Source: Dehalococcoidia bacterium
GTDB lineage: Bacteria; Chloroflexota; Dehalococcoidia; Lucifugimonadales; CAJWER01
NCBI GenBank assembly: GCA_965209165.1
Contig: CBDBQI010000004.1
Span: 130,511-194,510 of the forward strand
Reading direction: 5' to 3'
DNA length: 64,000 nucleotides
The number at the start of each line of letters is the position of its first letter. The stretch's first letter is position 1. The translations under genes and the position numbers were made by a program. This document shows, piece after piece, positions 9,989 through 20,800 of the stretch. Under the pieces are notes generated by a model. That model was not told the DNA's origin. It worked only from the letters and a program-made list of their open reading frames with translations, and searched no databases.

Positions 9989-10129
9989 GGCCCGCCCACG
10001 CCAGCCGCCAGGGTTGCATCGGCCCAGCCAGGGAACCACGCGTTCGGAGCGGGTTCGGCCTGCGGCATACCTCGTACCCATACGTGACGCTAAGGGTGGG
10101 GCGCTTTGCAGTATGCCCCCCGCAGCCGC

Positions 10130-11914
10130 CTACTGAGAATGCAGCTCGTAATAGAGCCCGCGCCTCGCCAACAGCTCCGAATGAGTGCCCTGCTCCACGA
10201 TGCGCCCCTGGTCCAGCACCACTATGCGGTCCGCGTTCTGCACCGTCGACAGCCGGTGGGCGATCACGAAGGACGTGCGGCCCTGCATCAGGCTCTCCAG
10301 GGCCTGCTGGATCTGCAGCTCCGTCTCCGTATCCACGTTCGCCGTCGCCTCGTCGAGGATCAGGATGCGCGGATTCCTGGCGAGGGCGCGCGCGAAGCTG
10401 ATCAACTGCCGCTGTCCCATGCTCAGGTTGGCGCCCCGCTCCTCAAGCTCCGCGTCGTAGCCGTCCTTCATGCGGGCGATGAACTCGTGGGCGCCGACGG
10501 CCTTCGCGGCCACCACCACCTCGGCGTCGGTCAGGTCGGTCCGGTTGTACCGGATGTTCTCGCGCACGGTCGCTGAGAACAGGAAGGGCTCCTGCGGGAC
10601 CGCGCTGATCTGCCTTGAAAGAGAGCCGGGCGTCACCTCGCGCACGTCGTGGCCGTCGATCGTGATCCGTCCCTCGGCCACGTCGTAAAGGCGCATCAGC
10701 AGCGACACGAGGGTCGTCTTGCCCGCGCCGGTCGGGCCCACGAGGGCGACGGTCTCGCCCGGCTCCACGTCCAGGCTGATGTCCCGCAGCACCGGCGACT
10801 CCGGCGCGTAGTGGAAGCCGACGTTCTCGTACTTGACCCTGCCGGTCACGGACGGGAGGGCAACCGCGTCCGGCGCGGTCGGGACGTCCGGCGTGACGTC
10901 CAGGAGCTCGAATACCCGGTCGGCGGCCACCAGGGAGCCGGTGAGCTGGCCGAACTCGCCCGTCAGGTCGCGAATGGGCTCGAACAGCCTGTCTATGTAG
11001 AGGGCGAAGGCGACGAGCAGCCCCACCTCCAGGGACGTCCCGATCATCCGGCCTCCAACGTAGATGACTGTGGCAGTCGCGATGACAGCCAGCAGCTCGA
11101 CCGAAGGCCACAGGCCGTAGCGGTAGCGGGCGGACTTAAGGGCGGCGTCCAGGTTGTCGCTGTTGACCGTCCTGAAGGTACTGGCGTTGTGCCGTTGCCG
11201 GTTGAGGCTCTGCACGACGCGGATTCCCGCGACGTTCTCCTGGATGCTGGAGTTCACGCCGGCGACGGTCACCCTGGCCCTCTTCAAGTGCGGCTGGGCA
11301 AACCGGCGCCAGAACACCAGGCTCGGGACCAGCAGCGCGACCATGCCCAGGGTGATCGCCGCAAGCGTGGCATCCATGAGAAGCATCGCTATGGCAATGC
11401 CCACCACGCTGACCAGGTCGGCCAGCGCGAATGCGAGGACGGCGAACAGCGCCTGGCTCAGCTCCATCGTGTCGTTCTGGACTCGCGACATGACCCTGCC
11501 CGCCTGGTTCCGGTCGTAGAAAGACATCGACAGGGCCTGGATGTGCTCGAAGAGCCGCGTGCGGATGTCGAGGATCAGGCTCTCGCCGACGTTCACGAGC
11601 AAACGGCTATGGACTACGCCCGTGGCTAACCGCAGCAGGGCCACCAGGCAGAAGAGCCCCACAGCTGCTGCGAGGCCTGCAAAGCTGCCGTCGTCCGACA
11701 TGACCTGCCCGTCGATGGCCAGCTTGACCGTCCAGGGCAGCGCCATCATCGTTCCGCTGTATGCCAGCATGGCCGCGAGGGCCAGGGCAATCTTCCCCCT
11801 GTACGGGCGGGCGTACCCCAGCAGCCGAAGAAGCGTCCGCCAGTAACGGATCCTGCGCTCCTCGTCGAGGTCGAGACGCAGGGCCCCCTGGTTCCGGCCT
11901 GTCGCAGTGGCCAT
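10130..11914 (-). CDS. ABC exporter ATP-binding/permease subunit (second half of heterodimer)
   Basis: TM domain plus GPTGAGKTT, LSMGQRQ, ILDEAT, IAHRLST; ATG 11914 overlaps upstream TGA. Confidence 0.93.
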   Translation of the reverse strand: MATATGRNQGALRLDLDEERRIRYWRTLLRLLGYARPYRGKIALALAAMLAYSGTMMALPWTVKLAIDGQVMSDDGSFAGLAAAVGLFCLVALLRLATGVVHSRLLVNVGESLILDIRTRLFEHIQALSMSFYDRNQAGRVMSRVQNDTMELSQALFAVLAFALADLVSVVGIAIAMLLMDATLAAITLGMVALLVPSLVFWRRFAQPHLKRARVTVAGVNSSIQENVAGIRVVQSLNRQRHNASTFRTVNSDNLDAALKSARYRYGLWPSVELLAVIATATVIYVGGRMIGTSLEVGLLVAFALYIDRLFEPIRDLTGEFGQLTGSLVAADRVFELLDVTPDVPTAPDAVALPSVTGRVKYENVGFHYAPESPVLRDISLDVEPGETVALVGPTGAGKTTLVSLLMRLYDVAEGRITIDGHDVREVTPGSLSRQISAVPQEPFLFSATVRENIRYNRTDLTDAEVVVAAKAVGAHEFIARMKDGYDAELEERGANLSMGQRQLISFARALARNPRILILDEATANVDTETELQIQQALESLMQGRTSFVIAHRLSTVQNADRIVVLDQGRIVEQGTHSELLARRGLYYELHSQ

Positions 11915-13653
11915 CAGTCGAGCCCCCGCATCTCTTCGGCCGGCCGGAGCTGCAGGTCGTGAATCCTGCGGTAGAAGCCGTTCAGCTCCAGCAGCTCCTC
12001 GTGCGAGCCGCGCTCGACGATCCTGCCCTGGTCGAGCACGAGTATGACTTCCGCGCTCCGGACCGTGGACAGCCTGTGGGCTATGACGAAGGAAGTCCTT
12101 CCCTTCATGACCTCCTCCATCGCCCTGTGTATTTCCGCTTCGGTGCCCACGTCGACGCTGGAAGTGGAGTCGTCCAGGACCAGCATGGGCGTGTCGAGGA
12201 GGATCGTGCGGGCGATGGCAAGCCTCTGCCGCTGGCCGCCCGAGAGCGTTATGCCGCGCTCGCCCACCCACGTCTCGTACCCATCCGGCAGGCCCTCGAT
12301 GAAGTCATGAAGCTGGGCGACCTTCGCCGCCTCAACGAGATCGTCCATGGTCGGGTCGTCGATCCCGTAGGCGATGTTGTCGCGTATGGTTGCCGAGAAC
12401 GCGAACACGTCCTGCTGCACGATGCCCACGTTGCGGCGCAGCGACTCCAGGGTAACGTCGCGAACGTCGAGGCCGTCGATCAGTACTCTGCCCGCCGATA
12501 CGTCGTAGAAGCGGGGCAGCAGGTGCGCGATCGTGCTCTTGCCCGAGCCCGCCGCGCCCACGATGGCCGCAGTCTGGCCCGGCTGCAGCTCGAAGCTCAC
12601 GTCGTGCAGTGCGGGGACATCAGTGTCGTATTCGAAGGACACGGAGTCGAACTCGACGCGTCCCGTGGCGGACAGGTCCTTCGCATCCCCGGGGACTTCG
12701 AGCGGGTTGCGGGTGTCGAGCACCTCGAATATGCGCTCGCCCGCGGCCAGCGCCCTGGAGAAGACATGCACCCTCCACTCGAACCCGCCAATGCTCGAGG
12801 CCAGCATGACCATGTAGAGCACGAACGATGCCAGCGCGCCCGGCGAGAGCGAACCCTGCTGGACCTGCCATCCGCCGGCCAGCAACACCCCGGCTAGCGC
12901 CACGGCGAAAAGGAACATCAGGACGGCATCCCTCGTGACGGCTAGCTGGCCCTCGAGGATGGAGCTGGCGGCGACCGCCCCCGCCCGCTCCCTGAACCGC
13001 GCTACTTCGTAGTCCCGCGAGCCCAGCGCCTTGACCGTCCTCATTCCGGACAGGCCTTCCTGCACCAGCGTGTTCATCCGCCCGGTCTCCTGGAAAATGC
13101 GCCTGTTGGCGCGGTACAGCCTGGCGGCCAGGCTTACGCCGAACCACGACACGAGAATGAAGCAGGCGAGGACGCCGAGCCCCATGCGCCACTCGATGGT
13201 GATCATGACGGCAATCGGCAGGATGTAGGAGACCAGTGCGGATATGCCGTGCAGGAAGCCGATCGAAATGAACCTCCCGGTGGCGTCTATGTCCACCGTG
13301 GCCCGGGACATCAGGTCTCCGGTCTTCTGCCGGTCGTAGAACCCGAAGTTCAGGCTCTGCAGCTTGTCGAAGAAGTCGTTCCTCAGCCGGTAGTCCGTCT
13401 CCCGGCCGACCCTCTCGCCCATGTAGAGGGCGAGGTAGCCCAGGACCGCCCTGACCAACCCGGCGAGTACGATCTGCCCTACCACGAGAGCCAGCTCGGC
13501 ATGGGCGCTGGCCAGCGCTTCGTCGATGGCGTTGCCGGTGAGGCGGGGGATCGCGACGCGCGGCACGATGGAGCAGACCATCACCACGGCCGTCACGATG
13601 AAGAGCGCCCTGCGCTCCAACGAGTAACCGACCAGCCGCAGCAGGACCTTCAT
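11914..13653 (-). CDS. ABC exporter ATP-binding/permease subunit with degenerate Walker B
   Basis: GAAGSGKST, LSGGQRQR, VLDDST (D in place of catalytic E, as in TM287/288-type heterodimers); start set at ATG 13653. Confidence 0.93.
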   Translation of the reverse strand: MKVLLRLVGYSLERRALFIVTAVVMVCSIVPRVAIPRLTGNAIDEALASAHAELALVVGQIVLAGLVRAVLGYLALYMGERVGRETDYRLRNDFFDKLQSLNFGFYDRQKTGDLMSRATVDIDATGRFISIGFLHGISALVSYILPIAVMITIEWRMGLGVLACFILVSWFGVSLAARLYRANRRIFQETGRMNTLVQEGLSGMRTVKALGSRDYEVARFRERAGAVAASSILEGQLAVTRDAVLMFLFAVALAGVLLAGGWQVQQGSLSPGALASFVLYMVMLASSIGGFEWRVHVFSRALAAGERIFEVLDTRNPLEVPGDAKDLSATGRVEFDSVSFEYDTDVPALHDVSFELQPGQTAAIVGAAGSGKSTIAHLLPRFYDVSAGRVLIDGLDVRDVTLESLRRNVGIVQQDVFAFSATIRDNIAYGIDDPTMDDLVEAAKVAQLHDFIEGLPDGYETWVGERGITLSGGQRQRLAIARTILLDTPMLVLDDSTSSVDVGTEAEIHRAMEEVMKGRTSFVIAHRLSTVRSAEVILVLDQGRIVERGSHEELLELNGFYRRIHDLQLRPAEEMRGLD

Positions 13654-13848
13654 ACGAGTCGCTCCCCGGACTGTCGTGAAGGGGGGTCCGTCCGCCGCCA
13701 AAGAATCATTCTATGGCGCGTGGAGTTAGCCTGCTAGGATTTCGCCCTGCCCGTAAGTGTTCAGAGGCGAGGGTGAGGCGGCTCGGCCCTCTTCCCCCGA
13801 CGAGCCTTTGGACAACCGTCATGCCTGTGCCCGAGTCGCAGGTGTAGT

Positions 13849-13903
13849 CGTCGTTCCTGCGGAGGCAGGATTCCTGCCCCAGGAACCGTCTTCCACCCAG
13901 AGG
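13849..13903. repeat. CGTC-type palindromic (REP-like) element, near-identical to 31713-31767
   Basis: cgtcgttcctgcggaggcaggattcctgccccaggaaccgtc occurs at both places; a remnant also lies at ~28806-28835. Confidence 0.8.
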
Positions 13904-14027
13904 AGCGAGGGGAGGGGTCTTCTCCCCGGCGCAGTTGCGCTGCGCAAAGGTCTCCCGAGGGGGAACATTGAACCTGACCTGCGCCTGCCGAAGGGACGGG
14001 GGCTCTCGCCCTGCCGAAGAGCGAGGC

Positions 14028-15128
14028 CTAGACTATAGACCTCGACTGCACCGTTACCTTCTCCAGCCGCGCCCGGTCCGGTGTGGGCAGCCGGCCCTCG
14101 AAAGGCTCGAAAGTCTTGCGCGGCGTCAGCTCCATCGGCGGGTCGGACAGGTCCTCCGTGTAGAAACGCGACGACGGGAACAGGTCGCCGGGGTACGTGA
14201 AGTTCGGCAGCGTCGCCACCTCCACGCACAGTGCGCCGCCCAGCGCGCTCTCCAGCATCCCGCCGATCCACACCGGTATGCCCGCGTCCTGGCACACGTC
14301 GTGGATCGCCTTAGCGTTCGCGAGGCCGCCCACGCGCCCGGGCTTGATGTTGATGTACTCGCACGCGCCCACGCTGATCGCCTGCTCGGCCGCCTTGACG
14401 CTCACGATCGTCTCGTCCAGGCACACCGGCGTCTCGATCCGCCTGGCAAGCTCGGCGTGGTCCAGCACGTCCGCGTAGTGGAGCGGCTGCTCGATGAACG
14501 CCAGCCCCAGCTCGTCGATGGCCTGGAAGAACGGCAGGTCGTCCAGTGTGTACCCCGAGTTGCAGTCGATGTGGAACGTCGTGTCGGGGAACGCGTCGCG
14601 GACGGTCCGCAGCATCTCCAGGTCCCACCCTGGCGCCACCTTCAGCTTGATCCGCGGGAACCCGCCGTCGACCGCCTGCTGGATGTTCCCCAGCAGCATG
14701 TCGTACGAGTCCTGGATGCCGAAGTCCGCGCCGGCCTGCACCTCCCTCGTCTCGCCGCCCAGCAGCCGGTGCACCGGCGTGCCGGTGATCGCGCTCTGCA
14801 GCGTCCACCAGCATATCTCGATGGCCGCCTTGGCGAAGCTGTTGCCCTTGAACACCCGCATCCGCTCATTCAGCTCGTCCGCCGAGTCATACTCGCCGCC
14901 CACCACATGGGGCCCGAAGAACTCCGTCACGTTGTGGAACACCGACGCCGCGCTCTCCGTCAGGTACGTCGGCGCCCGCAGCGGGCTCGACTCCGACCAC
15001 GCGTCATACTCGCCGCTCACCGCCCTCACGACCACCGAGTGTATGTCGTAGTCCTCGCCGTACGCCGTACGCCACGGATAGATCAGCGGCATCGCGACGT
15101 GATAGACCTCGAACCTGTCAATACGCAT
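14028..15128 (-). CDS. menC: o-succinylbenzoate synthase / N-succinylamino acid racemase (enolase superfamily, NSAR/OSBS subfamily)
   Basis: KLK catalytic motif, metal ligands DCN/EQP/DE, INIKPGRVGG, WIGGMLE, YPGD; no other men genes nearby, so racemase role is possible. Confidence 0.82.
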   Translation of the reverse strand: MRIDRFEVYHVAMPLIYPWRTAYGEDYDIHSVVVRAVSGEYDAWSESSPLRAPTYLTESAASVFHNVTEFFGPHVVGGEYDSADELNERMRVFKGNSFAKAAIEICWWTLQSAITGTPVHRLLGGETREVQAGADFGIQDSYDMLLGNIQQAVDGGFPRIKLKVAPGWDLEMLRTVRDAFPDTTFHIDCNSGYTLDDLPFFQAIDELGLAFIEQPLHYADVLDHAELARRIETPVCLDETIVSVKAAEQAISVGACEYINIKPGRVGGLANAKAIHDVCQDAGIPVWIGGMLESALGGALCVEVATLPNFTYPGDLFPSSRFYTEDLSDPPMELTPRKTFEPFEGRLPTPDRARLEKVTVQSRSIV

Positions 15129-15275
15129 CAGCGCCCTCCGTGCTACACCTAGCCCTTACTGTACACCGAACTTACGGATGGTGATGGTACTGTAGCCTAC
15201 CTGGCGTCCCATTCGACGTCAGGTTCGCTGGTGGCGCTCCCTACTGGAAGGGATGGACTGGAGAGATGGCGCGTT

Positions 15276-17774
15276 CTAACGCCCCGGCGGGAAGTCGGGC
15301 GGTAGCCACACTGGCAGTTCAGCGATCGACGTCCGCGCAGCCTGCGACGTCGGCACGCCCCACGCCTCAAAGAACGGACCGAGGTTGCGGCCTACCTGCC
15401 GCGAGAAACGAACAAGCCACTGATCACGCTTCTCATCATCGCTTTTCGGACGCTCAGCTTCGGGCAGGGCGCGGTACGCGGCGAACACCTCCCGGTAAGC
15501 CCCCCAGCCAAACGCCTGCTGCATCTGCGTGTACATGACTAGGGCTAGGAATGGCTCACGCTTCCACTGCTCAAAGTCTGGATCATCAAAATCGTAGCGC
15601 GCCATCTGCTCCGCTTGGAATGCGGCGGAGCCTCTCTCGTTTTCGGCCACTGGAATGCCGCACAGAAACTCGTAGACGTAGAGGGTGAACAGGTTGACGG
15701 TCACCTCTACCGTACCATCAAACGTCCAGTCGCCGACCTGGTGGTTGTGGCCCACCTCGTGGAAGAAACCCCAGTTGCTGCCTGTACGTTCGTACCGGCA
15801 TGTGGAAATGTGAGGCGCATTTACGAGATTGGCCTGCTGATCCAAGTGAGCCATCAAGGGATAGCCGGAGTGCATGTATCCCACCGAGATCTGCCGGTCT
15901 ACGACGAATCGCTCCGGGTACAGGCGGGGCGAGTCCCAGCTCGCCAGCTCCGCATTCAGGTCGAGCACGCGATCCCAAGTTTCGGCGACCGCCACCGGAT
16001 CGTCGAGTCCGCGGACCTCGGAAGAGACCGTAGTGACGATCATGTTTCGCCCGGCGATCTCCGCCCATGGGGCCGGCGCATGGCGGATCTCGTTGCGCCA
16101 AGCGATCGGGTCCGTCTCGCCCAACACGAACAGCGGAGCTGCCACGGCACCCTCGATCTCGATGGTGACGCTTCCGAGGTCAGCCTCGGCAGGGACCTCG
16201 ATGTATATGAGGCCTCCGAAAGCATTCGCCACGAGGGTCTCGGTCGCGGAGATGGGGAATCGGCGGCTTATTTCGGGCATGCGCACCCACTCGGATTGGT
16301 GCCAGATGCGGTCGCGGTGCGCGCCCACTCGCACGTGGAAACCGTCGGCTGTTACTACCTCAGTCGGCACACTGATCGTAACCAGTTCGCCCGCCGCGGC
16401 GTATAGGCCGGTTGAGTGCCAGCGGGGTATCGCGGTATCGATGGCGAGACTGCGCGCAATACGTGGAGCGTCGTCGGGGACAGGGCCAGGGAAATCCGCA
16501 GCCATCGGATGCGCGCGCACGGACTCCGGTGGAGTGCGGTTCTGCTCCAGCACAAACAGTGCAGCAGCCAGTCGGGCGATCACGTCGGCTTGGCCCACAG
16601 ATTGCTCGGCCGAGGGCCAGCGGATGTTCTGTTCGCCTCGCCCGACCAGCACCTCCAAGCGCGGCGCAAGAAGCGCCTCGTCCGAAGGCAGACAGCGGGT
16701 GGCACGCAGCAGGCTATCCGAGGCCTGATCAATCTCTGGTTGAGTCAGCGTGCGCTTTCCACTCGCGTGCGCCTCGACGGCTTCGAGAGCCGTCCCTGCG
16801 TGCGTTAGCTCAGGGGGCGCTCCATCCACTGCGTAGCCCTCCGGCGATGTTCGACTCAGGTAGTCGTGGGACCAACGGATGCCGGCATGAGCGAGCAGTC
16901 GGTTGCCAGCGTGGTCGCTGACGAGATCGAGGTGCGGATGCAGCTGCGCCCAGCCCCAACCAGTGACGGCCGTAACAAGACCTCCGCCGCCGCGCACATA
17001 CGCCGAAAGCGCTCTAATCTCCGTTGCGCTCTGACTCCACATGACCACCGCCACAACATCGACTGCCCCAAGAGAATCCGGTGTCAGCGATACTTCCACG
17101 ACATCGTGCCCGCCCTCCTTGAGCCACGTGCGCAGCTCTGCGGCGCCTACGACACCGATGCGGGGACCGGATGTTGCTCCACCAGCAGACCAACGCAGCG
17201 CATTCACAATCAGGTGCCCCGTATCCAGCGACTGTAGCGTGGGACGGGCGAAGTAGCCCTCGTGACCCAAAGCGACGATGCGGCCTGCCTGCCACCGGCC
17301 CGCAGCCATGACCGGGGCACGGACTTCGCCAATCGCACCGACGATCACAGGGAAGACCTCAGAGCCGTAGATGCACAGGGGACCTGGCACGCCCGGTGCA
17401 TCGATCTCGCGCACGCCGTCGAGCAGGGCACCAATGTCATCCACCGAATCTTCCACTCCTCCAACCACCACTGTGGGTATGGGCTCCTGAGTTGGTGTAG
17501 GCGTGGGCGTGCTGGTTGGCGCGGCTGTTGGCTGGCTAGCTGGCGTGGGCGTGCTGGTTGGCGCGACTGTTGGCTGACTGGCTGGCGTGGATGTGGGTGC
17601 GCTGGTTGCGGTAGGTGTGGGAGTCTGTGTGGGTGTCACGGCCGGAGCTAGTGTAGTGATGCCGGTTGGCGCCGGGGTTGGCACCGGGCCGTCTCCGCAG
17701 GCGTTTAGGGCGGCTATGGCAAACAGACTCCCCATGACTACGGGCCAGCAGATACGAAGATTGCGTGCGCCCAT
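15276..17774 (-). CDS. Peptidase M60 family (TCAF/enhancin-like) zinc metallopeptidase lipoprotein with Pro/Thr linker
   Basis: Lipobox LNAC, PT-rich stalk, WHSTGLYA, FGGLIYI, QISVGYMHSGYP, WGFFHEVGHNHQ (HEXXH) followed by EVTVN. Confidence 0.88.
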   Translation of the reverse strand: MGARNLRICWPVVMGSLFAIAALNACGDGPVPTPAPTGITTLAPAVTPTQTPTPTATSAPTSTPASQPTVAPTSTPTPASQPTAAPTSTPTPTPTQEPIPTVVVGGVEDSVDDIGALLDGVREIDAPGVPGPLCIYGSEVFPVIVGAIGEVRAPVMAAGRWQAGRIVALGHEGYFARPTLQSLDTGHLIVNALRWSAGGATSGPRIGVVGAAELRTWLKEGGHDVVEVSLTPDSLGAVDVVAVVMWSQSATEIRALSAYVRGGGGLVTAVTGWGWAQLHPHLDLVSDHAGNRLLAHAGIRWSHDYLSRTSPEGYAVDGAPPELTHAGTALEAVEAHASGKRTLTQPEIDQASDSLLRATRCLPSDEALLAPRLEVLVGRGEQNIRWPSAEQSVGQADVIARLAAALFVLEQNRTPPESVRAHPMAADFPGPVPDDAPRIARSLAIDTAIPRWHSTGLYAAAGELVTISVPTEVVTADGFHVRVGAHRDRIWHQSEWVRMPEISRRFPISATETLVANAFGGLIYIEVPAEADLGSVTIEIEGAVAAPLFVLGETDPIAWRNEIRHAPAPWAEIAGRNMIVTTVSSEVRGLDDPVAVAETWDRVLDLNAELASWDSPRLYPERFVVDRQISVGYMHSGYPLMAHLDQQANLVNAPHISTCRYERTGSNWGFFHEVGHNHQVGDWTFDGTVEVTVNLFTLYVYEFLCGIPVAENERGSAAFQAEQMARYDFDDPDFEQWKREPFLALVMYTQMQQAFGWGAYREVFAAYRALPEAERPKSDDEKRDQWLVRFSRQVGRNLGPFFEAWGVPTSQAARTSIAELPVWLPPDFPPGR

Positions 17775-17852
17775 TGAGTGGACTCAATTCACCCCAGCTT
17801 CAGCCTGACACGAAAGGTTTCTCGACTTCTAGTCCAGCATGGTGCACCATCA

Positions 17853-20800
17853 TCAGATAGTCAGCCGCCGGTAAAGATAAAGCAGCCTGTTGGGCAGAGC
17901 GTGGATGTCGTCCAGCACCTCGTACCCCATGTCCGCGCACATCGTCTTCAGGTAGTCGTGCCCGTTCTTGTCGACCGTCAGGCAGAACGCGCTGATGTCC
18001 TTGTCCCGCGCCTCGTCCAGCGCCATCCGCGTGTCGTGGACCGCGTACTCCTTCTCCACCCCCTCGCGGCTGTACCCACGGTCCTGCGGCCGCCCGTCGC
18101 TGATCAGGAACAGCAGCTTCGTGCGCGCGTCCTGCGCCTCCAGCTTCATGGTCGCGTGGCGGATGGCCGGCCCCATCCGCGTCGCGTGTAGCGGCGCCAC
18201 CCGGTCGATCCTGCGCTGCACCCGGTCGGAAAAATTCTCGTCGATGTCCTTGATGGTGTAGAACTCCACGTTCTCCCGCCCGTACCCCGAGAAGCTGTAG
18301 ATGCCGTACACGTCCCCGATCGCCTCCAGCGCGTGGATCAGCAGGACGATCGCCTCCTTCTCCAGGTCGATGATCCGCTTGTACGAGCGGCGCATCCCGT
18401 CGCCTCTGCGCGTGCGGAGCCACACCATGTACTCGACCGGGTCGCTCGGCGCGTCCCAGTCGTCGGTGACGTTCTTCGAATCCTCGATGGCCTCCGCGGT
18501 TGACGCGCTCGTGTCCAGCAGGAACACCACGGCCACGTCGCGCATGACCTTGTTGCGCTTCCAGTAGAGTTTCTCGCTCGGCCCCGCCCCCGTGCGTATG
18601 TCGACGATCGCCTCGATCACGTCGTCGATGTCGATCTCCTCGCCGTCCTCCAGCTTGCGCACCTTGCGGAACATCTCCGGCACCAGCATCTCGAACTGCC
18701 GCCGTATCTGGTCCGCCAGCGGCCCGTAGCTGTGCAGCGTGCTGCCGAAGTACGCCGCGTCCCCCTCCGCCATCTTCTTCTGGCGCACGATGCACCAGTT
18801 CGGCTTGTAGTCGTCGGCCCGGAAGTCCCACTCGTCGTACACGAACGACTGCGGCTCGTCCGGGTCCAGCGACCCGCCCTGCTCGTCCACGTGCATCAGC
18901 GGCCCCTGGCCCATCTCCGGCGTCTGCGGCAGCTGCAGCCCCGCCTCCTTCAGCATGTTGTCGGCGAACGCGCCCGTCGCCTCCTCCATGCCGCCCTCGC
19001 CCGCTTCCAGGTCCACCTCCGCGCTCGACTTCAGCATCTCCTCGAGCATCTCCTGCGTGATCTGCTCGCCTTCCATGTCATCCGACTCGCCCTGGCGCTG
19101 CATCCTCAGCTCGGTCATCATCTGCGCCAGCTCCGGCTTGAACTCGCCCCGGTAGTCCACGTCCTGGCTGGGGTTGTACTCCTCCTCCTCGCCCTCCTGG
19201 CTCTCCGCGTCCTGTGTGAGCTGGTCGACGAGCTGGCTCTCGTCCAGCCCGGACTCGGCCCCCTCCGCGTCGGGTAACTCCATGTCCTCCCAGTCGTCCG
19301 GCGCGGCCTCCTCGTTCGCTATCTGCGACAGGATCGCGTAGATCCGCAGCGTAGCCTCCGCGGCGTCCTCGACCGTCGCCGTCGGCACGGCCACCCTGCG
19401 CGCCAGCGCCACGACCTGGTGCGCCTCCTCCCTGTACTGCTTCGGAATGGCCAGCCCGTCCTGCTGCCGCAGACTGACCCTGACCAGCAGCTCCACCAGC
19501 GCCTCGCGGGCAGGCAGCGACTTGATGTCCGGCCGGCTCTCCAGCGCCCCCTCCTGCACCGCCAGGTACGACGCGCTGATCCCCGGGTACTCGGCCACGA
19601 CGATCGCGTCCAGCCGCCCGTCCTCGACGATGGTGAACACGTCCAGCGCCAGCCGCCGCTGCTCGAATATGTCGAAGAACCGCTGCATGTCCGTGACCCA
19701 CGCGCCGGCCTCCTCCGACCCGTTCTCGCCGGTCTTCGCCGCCGGGTCGACCTGCGGCCGCAGGTCCTCGAACAGCGTGGATGGCAGGTCGTATATGAAC
19801 CGGAAGCTGCCGAACTCCAGGTGCGCCGTCTGGTGCGTCGAGATCACCTTGTAGAGCGCGAAGTTCTCCCGCTTCGACCCGTACCGCCCCTCCTGCGCCG
19901 GCAGGAACACCGTAGACCCCTCGGTCGTCGGCGCCTCGTCCGACACCCACCCGATGTTCTTCTCCGCCAGGTCGTCGCTCGTGGACAGCTTGATCTCCGT
20001 GCCCGCAAGCGCCCGGCAGTACATCTCCATCACGTCCCTGACGCGCGTGAACTCCACGCTCGACGACAGCGTCTCCAGCGTCTCGTGCGACCGGGACGAC
20101 TCGATGCGGAAGTAGGCCAGCCCGCCGTCCTCGTTGTGGTCCAGGATGGCCGTCCCCTCGTCGAACCACTGGCCGAGCTGGGTTATCGAGACCTTCTCGA
20201 GCGCCCGTGGGCAGCTCTCGATGAAGTTGGGCACCGCCTCCGGCGCCTTCTTCATCAGCGTCTCGGCCATCCCCATGATCGGCTCGTGGTGCTCGGTCTC
20301 GACCTGCCCCAGCGCCTGCCCGGCCGACGCTATCGAGGCGGGCACGTTGACGGCCCCCGCGTCGTGGAGCCCCTGGGCCAGCCGGATGAACCGGGTGCGC
20401 TGGTCCGCCTGTATGTTCGGCAGCGCGCGGGCCGATGACTCGAACAGCCCCTTCACCTGCCGCCACGTCGTCTCAGTCAGCGACGTGCCCAGCCGGATGA
20501 ACGTGCGCTTGTCCTCCCCCAGCATGGGAAAAATGTCCTGCGACGCCGCGAGGCACTCTGCCGCCATATCGTAGGAGCGCTGCGACAGCGCGCCCAGGAA
20601 GGCGGCGAACCGTTCGAGCTCCGGCACCGTTAGCGTCCCGAGAAGGGCCGGGCTGGCCTCGTAGAACTTGGTCGAGAGCGTGCTCGACTTCCACGAGCCC
20701 CTGTACAGCCCGCGCCCCAGGTTCATCCACGTCTCGATGTGCCGCGACCTCAGCCGGCTCATCGCCCCCGGGCTCGCGGCGAAGTACGCGACCGCCAGCG

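Noticed and set aside
9761-10081. 106-aa ORF as a real gene
   Set aside because: It is a frameshifted remnant of the menC-like 3' end
14028-15128. Menaquinone biosynthesis cluster
   Set aside because: No other men genes in the window; this subfamily is often a promiscuous racemase
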